The notes under the pieces: generated by a model
Told to the model about the DNA's origin: nothing
The model's database searches: none
What the model saw: only the letters and a program-made list of their open reading frames with translations
Position numbers and translations under genes: made by a program
Source: Prasinococcaceae sp. CCMP 1430
Taxonomy: Eukaryota > Plantae > Prasinodermophyta
DNA length: 7,360 nt
Assembly: GCA_013416795.1 (NCBI GenBank)
Contig: RQSC01000510.1
Span: 1-7,360 of the forward strand
Direction of reading: 5' to 3'
Part shown: positions 6,491 through 7,360 of the stretch, in pieces
Position numbering within the stretch: the first letter of the stretch is position 1
Layout of the letters: the number at the start of each line of letters is the position of its first letter

Positions 6491-6786
6491 CGGTGATGGC
6501 GCTGCCGCTGATGGTGCGGGCGATGCGGCTGTCGATCGAGGCGGTCGACCGGCGGTTGGAGCAGGCCGCGGCGACGCTGGGTGCCGGGCGCTGGCGGGTG
6601 TTCACCAGCGTGACCCTGCCGCTCAGCCTGCCGGGCGTGCTGGCCGGCACGGTATTGGGCTTTGCGCGGGCGCTGGGCGAGTTCGGCGCGACGATCACCT
6701 TCGTCTCCAACATCCCCGGCGAGACGCAGACCTTGCCTTCCGCGATCTACACCTTAACTCAGATCCCCGGCGGCGACGCCGGCGCC
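6491..6786 (+). CDS. modB: Molybdate ABC transporter permease ModB, bacterial-type internal fragment
   Basis: VMALPLMVRAMRLSIEAVDRRLEQAAATLGAGRWRVFTSVTLPLSLPGVLAGTVLGFARALGEFGATITFVSNIPGETQTLPSAIYTLTQIPGGDA contains the ABC-permease EAA loop (from 6559) and the ModB signature FARALGEFGATITFVSNIPGETQTLP. No introns. The last ModB transmembrane helix is missing. Confidence 0.9.
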
Positions 6787-7073
6787 GACGAGGAGGCGGA
6801 CGGCGACGCCCGGGAGGGCGGCAACTCTCCCGGGCAGGTCGCGCTCAAGGTGCGCAGACGAGTGACGCGCGGCGGCCTGGACGACGGAGAGGTGTCCAAA
6901 GAGACGGAGAGCGCCCCCACCCCACCCCCCAAAACACACACACACACACACAGCACACACGCGCACGAGCGCGACGAGGAGCGAGCGCGCGTTCGCCTTC
7001 GCGCTGACGCCCCATCCACACCAACACCACCACCCCACACCACCTCACACCCCACACCACCACCACCACCACC

Positions 7074-7112
<39 letters not shown>

Positions 7113-7360
7113 CACCCACACCAAAAAAACACAAACAAGGTGCTGAGCTCGCCGCTCTTCTACGTCACCGCGGGCTTCGCCTTCGCGTCGCGGCTGGTGG
7201 ACGCCGCGGGCGACGCGTTCGCGGGCGCGGCGGTCGTGGCGCTGGCGGCGGCGCCGATCGTCCTGCTGACGGCCGTCGCGGAGACGGGCGCCGGCGACGG
7301 CCTCGCCGAGCGAGCGGCGCGCGACAGGGCGGCGTACGAGAGCGAGAGGCCCGCCTTCGA
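6787..7360 (+). CDS. Hypothetical eukaryotic membrane protein, partial; exons ~6787-6849 and 7140-7360+
   Basis: Spliced translation DEEADGDAREGGNSPGQVALK|VLSSPLFYVTAGFAFASRLVDAAGDAFAGAAVVALAAAPIVLLTAVAETGAGDGLAERAARDRAAYESERPAF has two hydrophobic segments and nearly all codons ending in G/C. The left boundary is approximate. Family not recognised. Confidence 0.65.
6934..6951 (+). repeat. (AC)9 microsatellite, intronic
   Basis: Read directly. Confidence 0.9.
7056..7110 (+). repeat. Compound (ACC)6 + (AC)18 microsatellite, intronic
   Basis: acc x6 at 7056-7073, then ac x18 at 7075-7110. Confidence 0.9.

Larger units (their letters stand above)
6850..7139 (+). other. Spliceosomal intron (290 nt, phase 0)
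   Basis: AAG|GTGCGC donor and GCTGACGC branch site (A at 7007). The first AG after the branch site is at 7138-7139. Splicing removes an in-frame stop (7144-7146 in the unspliced frame). Confidence 0.85.

Noticed and set aside
6930-7135. Repeat-rich tracts as CRISPR or telomeric arrays
   Set aside because: Simple di- and trinucleotide microsatellites inside an intron; no repeat-spacer structure and no regular telomeric unit.
5098-7146. 682-aa ORF suggesting a TPR-ModB fusion
   Set aside because: It is built from intron sequence, 448 Ns and a frame match across an estimated gap; there is no sequence evidence of continuity.

Overview
GC-rich eukaryotic DNA, probably from a green alga (inferred from a plant-type GRIP golgin, an Mfd-like helicase and GCTGAC branch points). 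It is not a clean locus but a mosaic of seven truncated gene pieces: (1) an orphan membrane-protein fragment (1-423, -); (2) the C-terminal part of a GRIP-domain golgin (511-~1635, -); (3) the spliced C-terminal part of an Mfd/RecG-family SF2 translocase (1648-2365, +); (4) a polycystin/TRPP-like channel, S1 to the start of S5 (2438-4924, -); (5) a spliced TPR protein (4926-6042, +); (6) after a 448-N gap, a bacterial-type modB fragment (6491-~6786, +), which runs in frame into (7) a spliced eukaryotic membrane-protein gene (~6787-7360, +). Junctions lie at single n bases (426, 4925), at the N gap, and at unmarked points (~1630, ~2370-2490, ~6785), so apparent fusions and adjacencies are suspect. 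The best biological lead sits inside one uninterrupted reading frame: the channel carries a ~310-aa extracellular S3-S4 insert with 18 Cys, 12 N-glycosylation sequons and a somatomedin-B-like motif. The second lead is an intron architecture with an invariant GCTGACGC branch site, which in three of four introns lies 125-162 nt upstream of the acceptor across AG-free C/A-rich tracts. All family calls come from motif recognition by eye; no database search was run.
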